Positions 13,273 through 28,085 of a stretch of 64,000 nucleotides of DNA are shown one piece after another. The first letter of the stretch is position 1, and each line of letters starts with the position of its first letter. The stretch comes from the human T2T-CHM13v2.0 reference genome, Homo sapiens. The notes below the pieces were generated by a model. The model made no database searches and had not been told where the DNA came from. It saw nothing but the letters and a program-made list of their open reading frames with translations. The stretch lies in NCBI RefSeq assembly GCF_009914755.1, contig NC_060930.1, one strand, 5' to 3'. The position numbers were made by a program, and so were the translations under genes.

Positions 13273-13953
13273 GCCCTAAATGCAACTTGTTCAGATAACT
13301 GGAGCCATCTTCCTAGCTCTTTATTTCTCAGACAGTGTGGGTAAGTCCTGCTCCGTACGAATGCTTATGTCAGTTTTGAAGTTCAGTACTTTCTTAAGAG
13401 CCAGAGTCAGTCAAGATGTTCCCTTAACAAGATTTTTCAATGGGGTTACACATTAATGAGTTCTTTTTCCTCCTTTAAGTATTTGAAAATTTTGGTTTAA
13501 TAAAAGGTTTAACTATGATGAATTTAGGATCCTTTTTCCTGTTACAGAACACAGAATAATAGTTAATATTTTACATACATATTGCAAGTTCATGTTGCCA
13601 CTAGGAGTGTCCAGAATAGACGATTGAAACAGCCTTCTAGCTACTACTATCAAAAAAGAGCTTTAAATAACATATTTTAATTAAATAACATTATTTTCTA
13701 TAGCTATACCTCAATAAAACCATCAACCAATGTTTGTACAATTTGATGCCCCCACTCTAAGATTTTTAGCTAGTGTAAATCAGAGTCTCCTATTTAATGA
13801 GACACTTTATCCAATCAGGTTGTGTTTATTATTCAACCAGATGATCTTGGAACTTATAACAAACTAGTAATATTTAAAGCTGGGCTTTATGTGCGTGATT
13901 TACTGGGATGTTTGCTTATACCTTGTTTCCAAGCTAAAAATATTGTGACCAGG

Positions 13954-14373
13954 TGTGTTAGTCTGTTTTGAGTTGCCATATAGGACTACCTAATGCTGGG
14001 TCATTTATAAAGAAAAGAGGTTTATTTGGATTATGGTTCTGCAGGCTGTACAAAGAGCATGACATCAGCATCTGCTTCTGGTAATGCTCTCAGGAAGCTT
14101 TTACTCATGCCAGAAGGCAAGGGGAGCCAGCGTGCCACATGGCAAGAGAGGGAGGAAGCACAAGAGAGAGGAGACGTACCAGGCACTTTTTAACAACCAG
14201 CTCTCACATGAACTAACAGAGTGATAACTCACTCAATACCCGGGGGATGGCACCAAGCCATTCATGAAGGATTTGCCCTCATGACCAAATACCTCCCACT
14301 AGGCCCAACCTCCAACACTGGGGGTCTCATTTCAACATGAGATTTGGAAGGGACGACTATCCAAACTATATCA
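13954..14373 (-). mobile_element. MST-family (MaLR) solo LTR
   Basis: TG...CA ends, typical gaaaagaggtttattt and cccactaggcccaacctccaac motifs; 5-bp TSD ccagg/tcagg. Confidence 0.9.
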
Positions 14374-15271
14374 TCAGGATTTTCTGGCATGGACTACCAA
14401 GCCATTTCTGCTTCAAACTCCCCTGAGATTCTTGTTAAAAATGCAGATTCTTTGATACCACCCCCAATACACTATTTAGTCTGAGATGAAACTCAAGGAT
14501 TCTGATTTAATTGATCTAGACTAGCATTTGACCATTGATTTATCATCTGGGATTCTAGGAAGTCAACCACTTATATGTTTTAGAGCAGACTTCATTATAA
14601 TTGAGGAGAATGTTTGTAGTCTGTGGGCTCCTCTGTCCACTTCTGATTGGGGCCCCTTTGCCTGATTCTGACTGGATCAGGCAGAGTTTTATTCAAGCCA
14701 CTGTCCTTTTTGGCTTCTTAATGTTCAAAATATATTAACACAATCTCAGTTTTCTAAGAGCTAAATTATACGACTTGGTTCTTGTCTGGTAACATAACTG
14801 CATTACTGGCTCTTGTCAAGATTCAGAGACATTCTCCCAGTTTCAAATTTGTAACTAACACTGTTTGATCACAAAAAAGTTCTAAGCCAAAGCAAAACTC
14901 TTTCTACCACCACCAGATGGCGTTACTTTGGACTTACCTATAAATGGATTTCCAAATGGTTTTTCAGAAACCAACTGGAGGTACTTAGAAAAACTTATGG
15001 AACTCACAACTATTCTTTGCATGTCAAAAGCTATAACAGTAAATAATATTTGTGGAGAATATTCTGTAAGATTAGGCTGCCTTTCTTTTCCTCCAGCTTA
15101 TTTAAACTATATCCTTATATTAACCCTTGTTGGAGATGTGTCCTCTTATTGCACTGTATGTGAGTGTGTGTGTGTGTATCCCATCACGTTGGTATGATGA
15201 TAGCACCCTTCATTGAGAAGCTTTGCAAAAAGAATATAAGAACATGTTATTATGTTTACTTAAAAGTATAA

Positions 15272-15576
15272 GGCCGGGTGTGGTGGCTCACACCTGTAAT
15301 CCCAGCACTTTGGGAGGCCAAGGTGGGAGGATGACGAGGTCAGGAGTTAGAGACCAGCCTGACCAACACGGTAAAACCCTGTCTCTAATAAAAAATACAA
15401 AAATTAGCCAGGTATGATGGCACGCATCTGTAATCCTAGCTACTCAGGAGGCTGAGGCGGGAGAGTCCCTTGAACCCAGGAGACGGAGTTTGCAGTGAGC
15501 CTAGGTGGCGCCACTGCACTCCAGCCTGGGTGACAGAGTGAGACTCCATCTCAAAAAAAAGAAAAAAGAAAAAAAA
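15272..15576 (+). mobile_element. Alu (S-type)
   Basis: ggccgggtgtggtggctcac start, A tail, TSD aaaagtat. Confidence 0.97.
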
Positions 15577-15950
15577 GTATTGAGGACATTGCTCATGACA
15601 TTCCAAGGTTATATAAAAGAATATATAAAAAGAAATTTCTGCCTGGACTTAGTGCCAGGAATACTTGTACTTTTCTTGCTTTCTTCTTAAGAACATTGCA
15701 CAATAGAGTATTTTTAAAAATTGTGCTTGCTGTTCAAATTGCCTGCTGGAAGGATTAGAGGCAGATCTGTAGCATGCCGAGTCCCATCTTTGCATACAGG
15801 CTATCATGACAAACATTGTATGTGCTAATTCTGTCTGGCTTCTCTTTATATTCCTATCTGTCTCTATTTCCTGTCATTTTAATGTTTTAAAATTGTACTT
15901 TTTACTTAAATGGTTTTTGGAAGAAATAAATATAAGTAAAGTCTGTTAGA

Positions 15951-16276
<326 letters not shown>

Positions 16277-16292
16277 TTACAAAGCACAAAAA

Positions 16293-17092
16293 AGAACGGC
16301 AAAGCCAACAAACATATGAAAAAAAGCTCATCATCACTGGTCATTAGAGAAATGCAAATCAAAACCACAATGAGCCATCATCTCACGCCAGTTGGAATGG
16401 TGATCATTAAAAAGTCAGAAAACAACAGATGCTGGAGAGGATGTGGAGAAATAGGAATGCTTTTTACACTGTTGGTGGAGGTGTCAATTAGTTCAACCAT
16501 TGTGGAAAGCAGTGTGGCGATTCCTCAAGGATCTAGAACCAGAAATACCATTTGACCCAGCAGTCCCATTACTGGGTACATACCCAAAGGATTATAAATC
16601 ATTCTACTATAAAGACACATGCACATGTATGTTTTTTGCAGCAGTACTCACAATAGCAAAGACTTGGAACCAATCCAAATGCCCATCAGTGATAGACTGG
16701 ATAAAGAAAATGTGGCACATATAATATACAGCATAGAACACTATGCAGCCATAAACAAAGGATGAATTCATGTCCTTGGCAGGGACATGGATGAAGCTGG
16801 AAACCATCATTCTCAGTAAACTAACACAGGAACAGAAAACCAAACACCACATGTTCTCACTCATAAGTGGCAGTTGAACAATGAGAACACATGGACACAG
16901 GGAGGGGAACATTACACATCGGGGCCTATTGGGGAATGGGGGCTAGGGGAGGGATAGCATTAGGAGAAATACTTAATGTAGATGACGGGTTGATGGGTGC
17001 AGCAAACCACCATGGCATGTGTATACCTATGTAACAAACCTGCATGTTCTGCTCATGTATCCCAGAACTTAAAGTATAATAATAAAAAAAAA
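16293..17092 (+). mobile_element. 5'-truncated L1PA (older subfamily)
   Basis: ORF2 C-terminal homology, 3' UTR, poly(A); TSD aaagcacaaaaa. Confidence 0.95.
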
Positions 17093-17519
17093 GAAAGCAC
17101 AAAAATAAAAGTACTTGGAAAAGTTTAAAGGGTTAAATATTATGCAAAACTGAAAACTAGCTTCAGATACATTTAAGTTTATATCATGTTAACAAGTTAT
17201 TTCTTTCTAAAAAATTCTAACCTGTAACACAGAGAGTGGACTTGAACTTGAAAATATGGTTAAGGTACAAATGCAGATTTGGGGTCCCAGTCTCCCAGAC
17301 TGTGGCTTCTATGGAAGAGATTGTACTGGCTCCAAATTCCACAGATGATTGAACAACTTGTTTCTGCCTGTGTCAGAGCTGAAGAGTGAATATCTCCACT
17401 ATATATATCTCAAAATCTCCCAAATGAAATTTGGTAACCCTCTATGCCATAACACATCACATTAATAATTTGTATTCAAAAGTCTCTCAGAAAAGATTTT
17501 TGAAATGCCAGATACTTTA

Positions 17520-19620
17520 ATTTTTTTATGTTTATATATTTAGGGTGTATGAGTACAGATTTCTTACATGCCTATATTGCATAGTGGTGGAGTCTGGGCT
17601 TTTACTGTAGTCATCATCTGAACAGTGAACTTGTACCAAATAAGTAATTTTTCAACTCTCATCCACCCACCCTCCCATCTTTTGTAGTACCCAAGGTCTA
17701 TTATCCCACTCTGTATGCCTGTGTACCTATTGTTTAGCTTCCACTTATAAGTGAACACATGCAGCATTTGACTTTCTGTTTCTGAGTTATTTTACTTAGG
17801 ATAATGGCCTCCAGTTCCATCTACATGGCTGCAAAAGTTATGATTTTATTCTTTTTTATGGCTCCATTATATGTATGTGTGTGTATCTCAATTTTCTTTA
17901 TCAAACCCTCTGTTGATGGACACTTAGATTAGTCCACATTTTTGCTATTGTGATAAACATGTAAGTGCAGGTATCTTTGTAATATAATGATTTCTTTCCC
18001 TTTGGATATATACCAGGTAGTGGGATTTCTGGATCTAATGGTAGTTCTATTTTTAGTTCTTTGAGAAATCTCCATACTGTCTTCCATAAAGGTTGTACTA
18101 GTTTACATTTCCACCAAAAGTGTATAAGCATTCCCTTTTCTCTGCATCCTCACAAACATCCTTTGCTTATTGACTTTTTAATAACAGCCATTCTGACTAG
18201 TGTGAAATAATATTTTATTGTGATTTTAATTTTCTCTGATGATTAGTGATGTTGAGCATTGTCTCAACATCACTATGCTAGTGGCATGCATGTTTTCTTT
18301 TGAAAAAAAGTTTGTGTTCTTTGCCCACATTTTAATGGGGTTATTTGTTTTTTTTTTTCTTTGAGTTGTTTGAGTTCCTTGTAGATTCTGAAAATTATTC
18401 CTTTGTCAGCTGCATAGTTTACAATTTTTTTCCCATTCTGTAGTTTGTCTGTTCACTCTGTTGATTGTTTATTTTTCTGTCCAGAAACTTTAGTTTAAGT
18501 CCCATTTGTCTATTTTTGTTTTTGTTGCATTTGCCTTTGAGGACTAGGTCATAATTTTTTGCCTGGGCAAATGTCCTGAAGATTTTTTTCCAGGCTTTCT
18601 TATAGTATTTTTATAGTTTCGGGTCTTATGTTTAGGTCTTTAATCTATCTTGAGTTAATTTTTGTAGCTGGTCAGAGGTAGGTGTCCAGTTTCAATCTTC
18701 TACATATGGCTATCCAGTTTTCCCAGCACCATTTATTGAATAGGGAGTCATTTACCCAGTAAATGTTTTAGTTGACTTTGTTAAAAATCAGTTGGTTATA
18801 GGTGTGTGGTTTTATTTCTAGGTTCTCTATGCTGTTCTATTCATCAATGTGTACATTTTTATACTAGTACCATGTTGTTTTGGTTACTATAGCTTTGTAG
18901 CATAATTTGAAGTCATAATATGATGCCAACAACTCTGTTCTTTTTGTTTGAAATTGCTTTGGCTTTTTTTCCTTGTGAGAGTTTGCTGAGAATGATGGTT
19001 TCCAGCTTTGTCCATGTCGCTACAAAGGACATAATCTCACCCTTTTTTATGGCTGCGTAGTATTCCATGGTGTATATGTGCCACATTTTCTTAATCCAGT
19101 CTATCATTGATGGGGGGAGGGGGAAGGGATAGCATTAGGAGATATACCTAATGTAAATGACGAGTTAATGGGTGCAGCACACCAACATGGCACATGTATA
19201 CATATGTAGCAAACCTGCACATTGTGCACATGTACCCTAGAACTTAAAGTATAATAAAAATAAATAAATAAAATAAAATAAAATTGCTTTGGCTTTCTGG
19301 ACTCTTTTTTTTGGTTTTATATGAATTTTAGGATTTTTTTCTAATTCTATGAAAAATGGCATTGGTAATTTGATAGGGATTGTGTCGAATCAGTAGACTG
19401 CTTTAGACAGCATGGTCATTTTAATAATATTGAATCTCTAATCCATGAGCCAGGGATATTTTTCCATTTGTTTTTGTCATCTAGGGTTTTCTTCCATCAG
19501 TGTTTTGTAGTTCTCCTTATAGATATCTTTTACCTCTTTGGTGAAATGTATTCCCAGGCATTTTACTTTATCTTATCTTTTTGTAGCTATTATAAATGGA
19601 ATTGCTTTCTTAGTTTGGTC
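17520..19620 (-). mobile_element. Old L1 (L1PB/L1MA) 3' portion, interrupted by a younger L1
   Basis: Minus-strand ORF2 remnants ([20 protein letters not shown]) and L1 3' UTR at the left end. Confidence 0.9.
18967..19280 (+). mobile_element. Short 5'-inverted L1PA insertion
   Basis: 16-bp TSD aaattgctttggcttt at 18951-18966 and 19281-19296; antisense ORF2 end (to ~19112) joined to sense 3' UTR and A tail. Confidence 0.9.
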
Positions 19621-20031
19621 CTTGGAAATGCCAACTACATTTAAAATCCTTTTCCATTTGATGGATTTCAGGTCTTGATGAACATCTCAGTTGCAATTTT
19701 CTTAAGATTGAAAAAGTAAATATTTTTTCTATATGTATATATAAAATTGTCCTCTCTCAAAATTTTAATTCAATAACCTGCTAGATATCACTTTAGAATC
19801 TTGCAGTACTAGTTTTCTTCTCAATTAATTGTAGATCTTAGCCTTTTAATTTGGGCATGTTTTTCCCTATTAGGACTTAAGTTATTAGGACCTAAGTTTG
19901 TAGACAAGAACTATGTTATATTTGAGAAATTTGTGAGTCATGTACTGGGCCTAGCACAGTGCCTCATAAGATGTAGACCCTCAATAAACTTGTTGAATAG
20001 GTTAATAAATAAAAAAGCCCCTATCACTCAA

Positions 20032-20332
<301 letters not shown>

Positions 20333-22019
20333 TATTTCAGTCAATTGTTAAAAGTGCTAAGAACAAGTGGAGATCTTGTTAATGAAGAAAAAAAAAATAG
20401 TATTTACTACTTACCTAAACACTCTACTAAGAAGGGATATACAGATCAAAAGGATTAAATCTCTGCCTGCATTAAGCTAACTGTTTTGTAAAGAAGAACG
20501 TAAACAAAGTCAAAAATGCATTTTTTAGGTGCTAGAGATTAGACAGGACAAAATCTTCTGGCTCTGCCTAGAGTTAAGTGGCTTTGGGAGAGGCTTTGCT
20601 GTAGTTTAAAGGCAGAGGTGGGGAAGGCCACTCTGGCCACAAGGACAGATCCACAATGGGATGGGGTATGAAACAGCACGAACCCTTCAGGAAATTACAC
20701 ATAATTTAAAAGGAAAATGGGAGCCCATGGCAGAAAATAGAATTGAACAGCAGGAAAAGGGTAGATAGTAAAAAGCATTTTATAATATTCAAGGACATTT
20801 GAAACTTGTGGTATACAATGAGGAAGAATTTAAAAATTCTATACAGAGGAGTGACATAGTTAGATTTGTGTTCTGGGGAGCATAATAATAGCATTACAGC
20901 GGGTGAATTTGAAAGCTGGGCCTCAAAAGTTTAGATCTCAAATAGGTTTTTATGGGAGTATTCATCCTCATGAAACATGATTTGGAACTAAACCAAGGCA
21001 GTGGCAATGGGGCTGGAAAATAAACACTAGATTTCATATCTAGATGAAGATTTGTGGAATAAGAGAGGCCACATTAATGTTTAATTCTATTTACAATGGA
21101 TCCCAGCCACCATCCGCTTTAACACAGAGGTGCTTTTCCAGTAGCTAAGAGGACTAGGTGCTTTAGATACATTTGTGAAGTTGTCCTCCCATTGTTAACA
21201 TGCTTTTTTTATTGTCTGTGTGTAGGTTGATGGGGGAGGCAGAGTTAGGATCACACATAGAAGTTCAGTCTTTGAAATGCTTTCTTTCTCTTTTTCCCCA
21301 AACAATGACCCCCACCTTTTCCTTCTGGCATATGTTGCCTCAAGACCCTAACACTGCTGCCAATCTGCTGGTCTTAGAGCCAAGAATCTGCCACCACCTG
21401 GCCCACCACAGCCTGCTCTGCTAGCTGCTCTCCTGCCAATACTGGCCTTCATGTACAAGTGTAGGTTTTGAGGGTTCCGTTCTCTCCCCCTTTCTCTCTT
21501 TGAGTGTGGGTTTGTGAGTGTGTGTGTCTTCTGTAATAAGAAGAAAACAGGCCACATTTTCTCTACTCGTGTTATACACTTCCCGGAGTGTCTCACATCA
21601 AAACCTGTCCTAAGTCCAAGCCTTAGAAGCTCTTTGCTGGCCCAGCCTACACTTGGGTTGTTACTTCTCAGGAGCTACCTTTCTGTCAGTTGAGATTTTA
21701 ACAACCCACCACAGTACTCCAAGCGTGCAGTCCCTCGCATCTTGAAATCTGTGCTTTGGCAGCAGCAGAATCAGGGGTCTGTGGATTCTGAACCCAGAAT
21801 GTGTCAAACCAAAGGGTGACATATTGGGACATTTAATAAGTCAGAGACTATTTCCCAGGAATATTTTTTTTGAAGCATTTAAACTAAAATACAATTGAAC
21901 TGAGATCTCAAAACAGGAAAAATGAACTTGACAAGAATTAGGCTAAGCTGCATCTCATGACGTAAATATTCACATTTGCATATACATTAACAGAGTCAAG
22001 TCAAAAATTGATTTTTTAT

Positions 22020-22330
22020 TGGATAGGATTAACTTTAGCTACAGAAAACAGAAAGTTTAAATGACTGGCTTTAAAAAGCGAAAGTTTACTTGCTTTCACT
22101 TATATGCAATCTGGGGGGTTGCGGGGGAAGATTTGTTTGTGGGTTTCCCATTCTCAAGGTGCCAGGCTCCTGTGTTTCTGCCCCATATCCTTAGAGGGAG
22201 GGTTTCCTCCTCAGGATTGCCTTATGTGCAAGGTGACTACTGAAGCTCCATTTTTTATGCCCAAATTGTAGCAAGAAAGAGAAAAGGAAGAAGGAACAGA
22301 AAGGCACATGACATCACTTCAAATAAAATT
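22020..22330. mobile_element. Ancient ERVL/MaLR-type LTR remnant (LTR33-like)
   Basis: aggattaactttagctacagaaaacagaaa...ggctttaaaaag...aagtttactt resembles the LTR33/MLT1 terminus. Confidence 0.5.
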
Positions 22331-23936
22331 AGGGGGAAAATAATAACAGATATCTGATAGGAAACTAACAGTACCTTCTGCAATAATGATTACATTTCTG
22401 GAAAATAAATGTTAAGATCCTTGAAAACAAGGAGTAATAGTTGAGGAAAAGCTTCTTAGCAGCCTGGGACTAAAAACTTCAAAAAATTTAAGATAAAAAT
22501 CTGAAAACTGGTAGAGAATTGGGGAGAAAAAGAGAATTTGAACAAGGCATGCAAGAGTAAGAAAAATGTCATCACAAAATTACTAAGAAAGCATAAAAGC
22601 AACTATATTTTATTAGAGTAAAAATAAATGGATTGAATAACCCTAGTAAAATAAATTCCAGCCATACATTGTTTATAAAAAGTGTATTTAAGGTGATTAG
22701 GAAAAAATAAAACTAAATTTAAGTGCAAAGATCTCCCAGGGAAGTCAAAGCAAAAATAAAGTCAGATGTTGCTGTCATTAGACAAAGTAAAATTTAAGGT
22801 GAAAACATGACAAAGAGGGACATTAAATAAGGATAAATGTACAATCAATGGTGACAAACTTTTATAAACTTGAAATTATATTAACAAAACATAAACCATG
22901 TAAAACTAAAATACCTTGATAAAATGCAAATTATCAGGTAACAAGAATATATCTATTGCAGAAAGTAATATATCAAACTAAAATAATGTGTATCTATTAC
23001 AAGTATACAATACTTTGTAGCCTACAAAATAAGAATATACGATTTCTTCTTAAAATGTTATACATTTACAATAATTAATAATTTGGCCACTCAGAAAACC
23101 TTGGTAAAGCAAGGAAAGTAGAGATATTATAAGCCAACTTAATAATTTAGTAACATTGGGTAAAAATGGAAGAAGTATCATATTGTGGTTGTGAACATAA
23201 GCTCTAGTTCTCCTAGTTTTGTGATTTGGGAAAGTTAATTATCTTCTCTCTACCTCGTCTTAATTTTCAGTAATATTAGGATAACAATAGTTTGTACATC
23301 ATCAGTGTTTTTTTTTTTTTGAGGAATAAATGACTCACATGTATTAAACACTTAGATCCATTGTTAACATATAATATGTATAAATAATGTCAGTATAAAT
23401 CAATGTCAGCCTAAAAAGTTAAGACTGTGATTTTAAATAATACTAGATTTAGAATAAAATCAAAATTGAAATGACATTATTAACTTAAAAATAACAAAAA
23501 AAGAGAAGACTTTAAACACAATGGATGGAAAGCAGCTATACCAATAAAAGACAAAAATGTGGAGTATTATATGTTCTTAATGTTTTTTAAAATTATAAAA
23601 ATAAATAAACTAAAACATAGAATTTTAAAAATTAAATGTTGGAGGGATTAGGTCAGATAAGAGAAATTTCTGTTAGCAGCAGCTGAATTTTCTGCTAATG
23701 ACAGAGAATTGTGAAAAGATGATTTCATAAATATGGCAAATGTTTGTAATAGCCATCCTAGGAGCACGGATATTAGTAACTAATTGAGGAAGTACTGTTG
23801 GGCAGTGTCAATATACTGGTTAAGAATAGAATTTAAAATAATGCTAATTATAAGGCCAAAAAACTCAGTAATGCAATTTTTTTAGTATAATTCAGTAGGG
23901 GAGAAGGAGAGATAATTAAACTTGGAAATTGACATA

Positions 23937-24271
23937 CAGTTGTCCCTTGGCATCCATGAGGAATTAGTTCCAGGACTCCCTATGGATACCTAAATTCACA
24001 AATGCTCAGGTCCCTTATATAAAATGGCAAAATATTTGCATATAACTTACACACACCCTCTTTATAATTTAAGTCATTTCTAAAGTACTTATAATACCGA
24101 ATGCATTATAAATGACTGTGGAAATAGTTGTTGTATTATTTAGGGAATAATGACAATAAAAAATATATGTATATGTTCAGTAACAGATGCCTTTTTTAAA
24201 AAAAAATTGTTTTTGATCCACAGTTGGCTGAATCTATGGATACAGAGCCCACATTTACTGAGGGCAGACTA
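23937..24271. mobile_element. MER2-like TcMar-Tigger DNA transposon
   Basis: TIRs cagttgtcccttgg / ctgagggcagacta, TA-flanked; internal cccttatataaaatggc. Confidence 0.88.
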
Positions 24272-24493
24272 TATTTAGAGTACTTAAGGATCACAAGGGA
24301 CACACATCTGAGGGTACTGAAGAGTGGGAAGAAATTACTAACCAGAGGGTCAGACTAGAAGGCAAGGAAGTGAAGCCAGGAGATGATTAGAAAATAAGAA
24401 AATCATACAAGCCTGGAGATTATGTTGAAGTGTAAGAACATAATTAGAGTGAGAAACATGAGTCAAGGAAGAAGGAGATTGGTGCTTGAGAGA

Positions 24494-25095
24494 TGTGGCA
24501 GACTGTATCTTTCAAAGATGGCTACACCAATATATATCTCATTCCACAAGCTGTTTTTACCATGCTGTATTGACGCTCTTCCATATGGAGGTGGGGCCTA
24601 TGTCCCCTCCCTTGAAACCAAATGAAACTTTGTAATTGCCTTGATCAACAGATTGCAGTAGGAGTGATGCTGGATGATTTCAAAGGCTAATACACACAAG
24701 AAAATAATGGCTTTCATTTGACTCTTTCTTGGAACATGTGCCTTGGAAACCATGAGCTTATTTGCAAGAAGCTCAGCTATCCTAAAGTTTATCTACTGGG
24801 TAGACCAAGTGGAGAAATTACACAGACATTGAGATTATGTTCAAGGGGTCTCAGAGGTTCAAGGCCTCCCAATTCAGGCACCAAACAAGTGGAGAAAAGG
24901 CTTTCAAGATCATCCCTCTGAAATAATTGTCTGATTGAAACCTCAAAAGAGTCCCTGAGCCAGAACCATCCAGCCAAGCCACTCTCAAATTCCAAATCCA
25001 CAGACACCATGAATGACAGTAAATCATTATTGTTGTTTTAAAGCACATAAGTTTTGGGGGGTTATTTACACACAGCAACAGAAAAAAAAACTGAT
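24494..25095 (+). mobile_element. MLT1-family (MaLR) LTR
   Basis: tgtggcagactg...aaagatggc start; ttgttgttttaaagcacataagttttggggg...acacagcaa end. Confidence 0.85.
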
Positions 25096-25496
25096 GAATG
25101 GGAAACATGGAGAGAAATGCAAATAGAATAAAATGGGGAGGAATACAAGGAGAGGAAAGTAGTATTGTGCAAAATAGGCAATCGGATGACCCTCAAAAGG
25201 AAATTTTTTTTCTGAGCAACTTAATGAATATAAGGTCAGATTAAATTGGAAGGTAACAGGTACAAATATCATTAATGCTAAATTCTATTTGTAGTAAGTC
25301 AACTATTTGTAAATTATGCATTGGAGACCGACTTTACATCAATCAAAAGTTAAATTTATTTAGAAATCTATAGAAGAAGAAAAAGAATAAAAGCCATTGG
25401 AAAAGTTTTTACAATTATTCCATTAAATAGACAAAGTCCTTTAAGGAAAGGGATTAAAATGAAGGTAAGGTGATCTGCTTAAAAATAATATAGCAA

Positions 25497-25650
25497 TCTG
25501 GGAGCCATGGCTCATGCCTGCAATCCCAGTGCTTTGGGAAATCTAGGCAGGAGGACCTCCCAAAGGAGGACTTGGAGTTTGAGACCAGCCTAGGCAACAC
25601 AGAGAGACTCCATCTCAAAATTTTAAATTTCTTAAAAGAAAAAAAATAAA
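25497..25650 (+). mobile_element. Alu monomer (FLAM-like)
   Basis: ggctcatgcctgcaatcccag...gagaccagcctaggcaac...ccatctcaaaa as a single arm. Confidence 0.8.
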
Positions 25651-25849
25651 ATGAAATAATATTGTATTAATTCCAGTAAAAGCATCAGACCAATTTAGAA
25701 TATGGATGAGAGAGAAAAACTAGAAATAACACCACAACAAGGAAGGAGAAAGCTGGTCTCTGGCAGGGACTTCTAATTTAGAGAAAGACAGATGATAGCA
25801 AACAGCAAAAGTTGTATTATAGATGTAACTTAAAAACTAATTTGATTTT

Positions 25850-27358
25850 TATTTTTAGTCAGAAAACTGCTTTAGGTATGGAACAAGTATAACCTGGTAT
25901 TTCCAGTATCTCTCTGTTGACCTCACATCTCTCTCCAGATACTGCCTCAATTCTCTGCTTCTCTTTATAGCAAATTCCCTTGAAAGAGAGACTACCTGGA
26001 TCAGAAATTCCTCTGCTTCAATTTGATCCTGAATCCACTTCATCTAGATCTTCCTCACCAATTCCCCCAAATATTTGTCTTATTATGGTCACATGGGACC
26101 TCTACTTTGCTATATCAGTAATTTTGTTCTCATTTTACTTTTTTGTAGTTAATTACTCCCTTCTCCTTGAAACACTTTCCTTGTTTGGCTTCTAGGATGC
26201 CCTGTTCTCATGGATTTCCTTTCACTTCTCCAGTCATTTCTGTTTGTTTTTTCAATATCTTCGTGATCTTATATTTTTAATGCGTCCTGCTAGCTTCCCA
26301 ACTAGGTTTCCTACTTTCACCTTAATTCCCTATGGTTTATTCTCTACAAGAAAGGAATTATAATCCCTTAAAAATGTCAATAAAACTCTATCACTACTCA
26401 ATACTCTCCAAGGGGTCCTTATTTTATTCAAGTAAAAAACTAAAGTCCTTACTATATGTCTGTAAATTCCCATAGGATCTGGCCCCACAGCCTCTCTGGC
26501 CCCTGTCCATTCTGCCCCTTGCCAATTCTGCCCGGCCACAGTTGCCCAATAGCTGGTCTGTGAACACATCAAGCACATACTTAATCTCAAGGCTTTTGCA
26601 ATCATTCTTTCCTCTAGTTGTAATCTCTCATTACTTATTCTGAGTGTCTTGTTTCTGCAGTTGCTTTACTTACTTGACCTATATAAAATAGTAATTCTTA
26701 CCCCTACAACTCCATTATGTCCTATCTTCTTTGCCTTGCCTTATGTTTTTTTCTTGGAGTTACAGATACCTGATGTAGATAGTATTTACTTTTTTTATGC
26801 TTGCATTAATCACCTAGAATATAAACTCCAAAAGAGGAGCTATTTCTCTTTTATAATCTATCTAATATATCTTGGATATTTGCTCCCACCTAAATTTCAT
26901 GTTGAAATGTAATTCCCTGTGTTGGAGATGGGGTCTGGTGGGAGGTATGTGGATCATGGCGCGGATCCCTCATGAAGGGCTTGGGCCATCCTTTTGGAGA
27001 GAAGTGGGCTCTGGCTCTGACTTCACACGAGATCTGGTTGTTTAAAAGTGTGCGACAGCTCCCCTGAGCTTCCTCTCTCACTTGCTCCTGCTTTTGCCAT
27101 GTGAAGTACCAGCTACTGCTTCATTTTCCACCATGAGTAAAAGATCCCTGAGGCCCTCCCTCAGCAGTACATGTCCCTATGCTTGTTGTGCAGCTGGCAG
27201 AACCATGAGCCAATTAAATCTCTTTTCTTTTAAATTACTCAGTCTCATGTATTTCTTTATAGCAATACAAGGTTGGCTTAATACATATCTCTAAAGCAAA
27301 AGCTGGGCCTGGTATGTAATAGGTGTTCAATAAATATTTATTGAATAAATGAATAAAT
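25850..27358 (+). mobile_element. Degenerate L2, interrupted by an MST LTR
   Basis: Pyrimidine-rich L2 body; 3' end tcaataaatatttattgaataaatgaata. Confidence 0.7.
26863..27285 (+). mobile_element. MST-family (MaLR) solo LTR
   Basis: tcatgttgaaatgtaattccc...gaaccatgagccaattaaa...taataca; TSD tatct. Confidence 0.9.
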
Positions 27359-27706
27359 ACTAGGCTAAATAAAGTTTAAAACATCATAATAGAACACTGG
27401 GTAGATGTCAAGATGACAGTTTTGTTATTCACATATGGACATGGAAAGGTCTTTGTGGTGCATTGTTAAGGGAGCAAACCAAATTACAGAACACTATATA
27501 GAGTAGAGCTGTATAAAATACATATGGTGTATGTTTATAAATATGTCTAGAAAAATTTGAAAGCTATATATCAAATATCATATCATTTATCTTTAGAAGG
27601 CTAATTGCATATTTTCAATTTATTGTTTATAATTTTTTTTATCTATTATTATAGGTTACTTGTATAATCACAAAAGACAACTGAATAATTCTTTTTGTCT
27701 TCATCA

Positions 27707-28085
27707 ACTTTTATTTTAAGTTCTGGGATACATGTACAGGATGTGCAGGTTTGTTACATAGGTAAACGAGTGGCATGGTGGTTTGCTGCACAGATCGACC
27801 CATCACCGAGGTATTAAGCTCAGCATCCATTAGTTATTCCTCCTGATGCTCTCCTTCCCCTTGGCCCACCAATACACCCTAGTGTATGTTGTTACCCCTC
27901 ATGTGACCATGTGTTCTCATCATTCAGCTCCCCCATATAAGTAAGAATATGCAGTGTTAGGTTTTCTGTTCCTGTGTTAGTTTGCTGAGGATAACAGGTT
28001 CTAGATCCATCCATGTCCCTGCAAAGGACATGCTCTTGTTCCTTTTTATGGGTGCATAGTATTCCTTGGTGTATATGTACCACAT
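27707..28085 (-). mobile_element. L1PA 3' UTR fragment
   Basis: ttttattttaagttctgggatacatgtacaggatgtgcaggtttgttacatagg. Confidence 0.9.
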
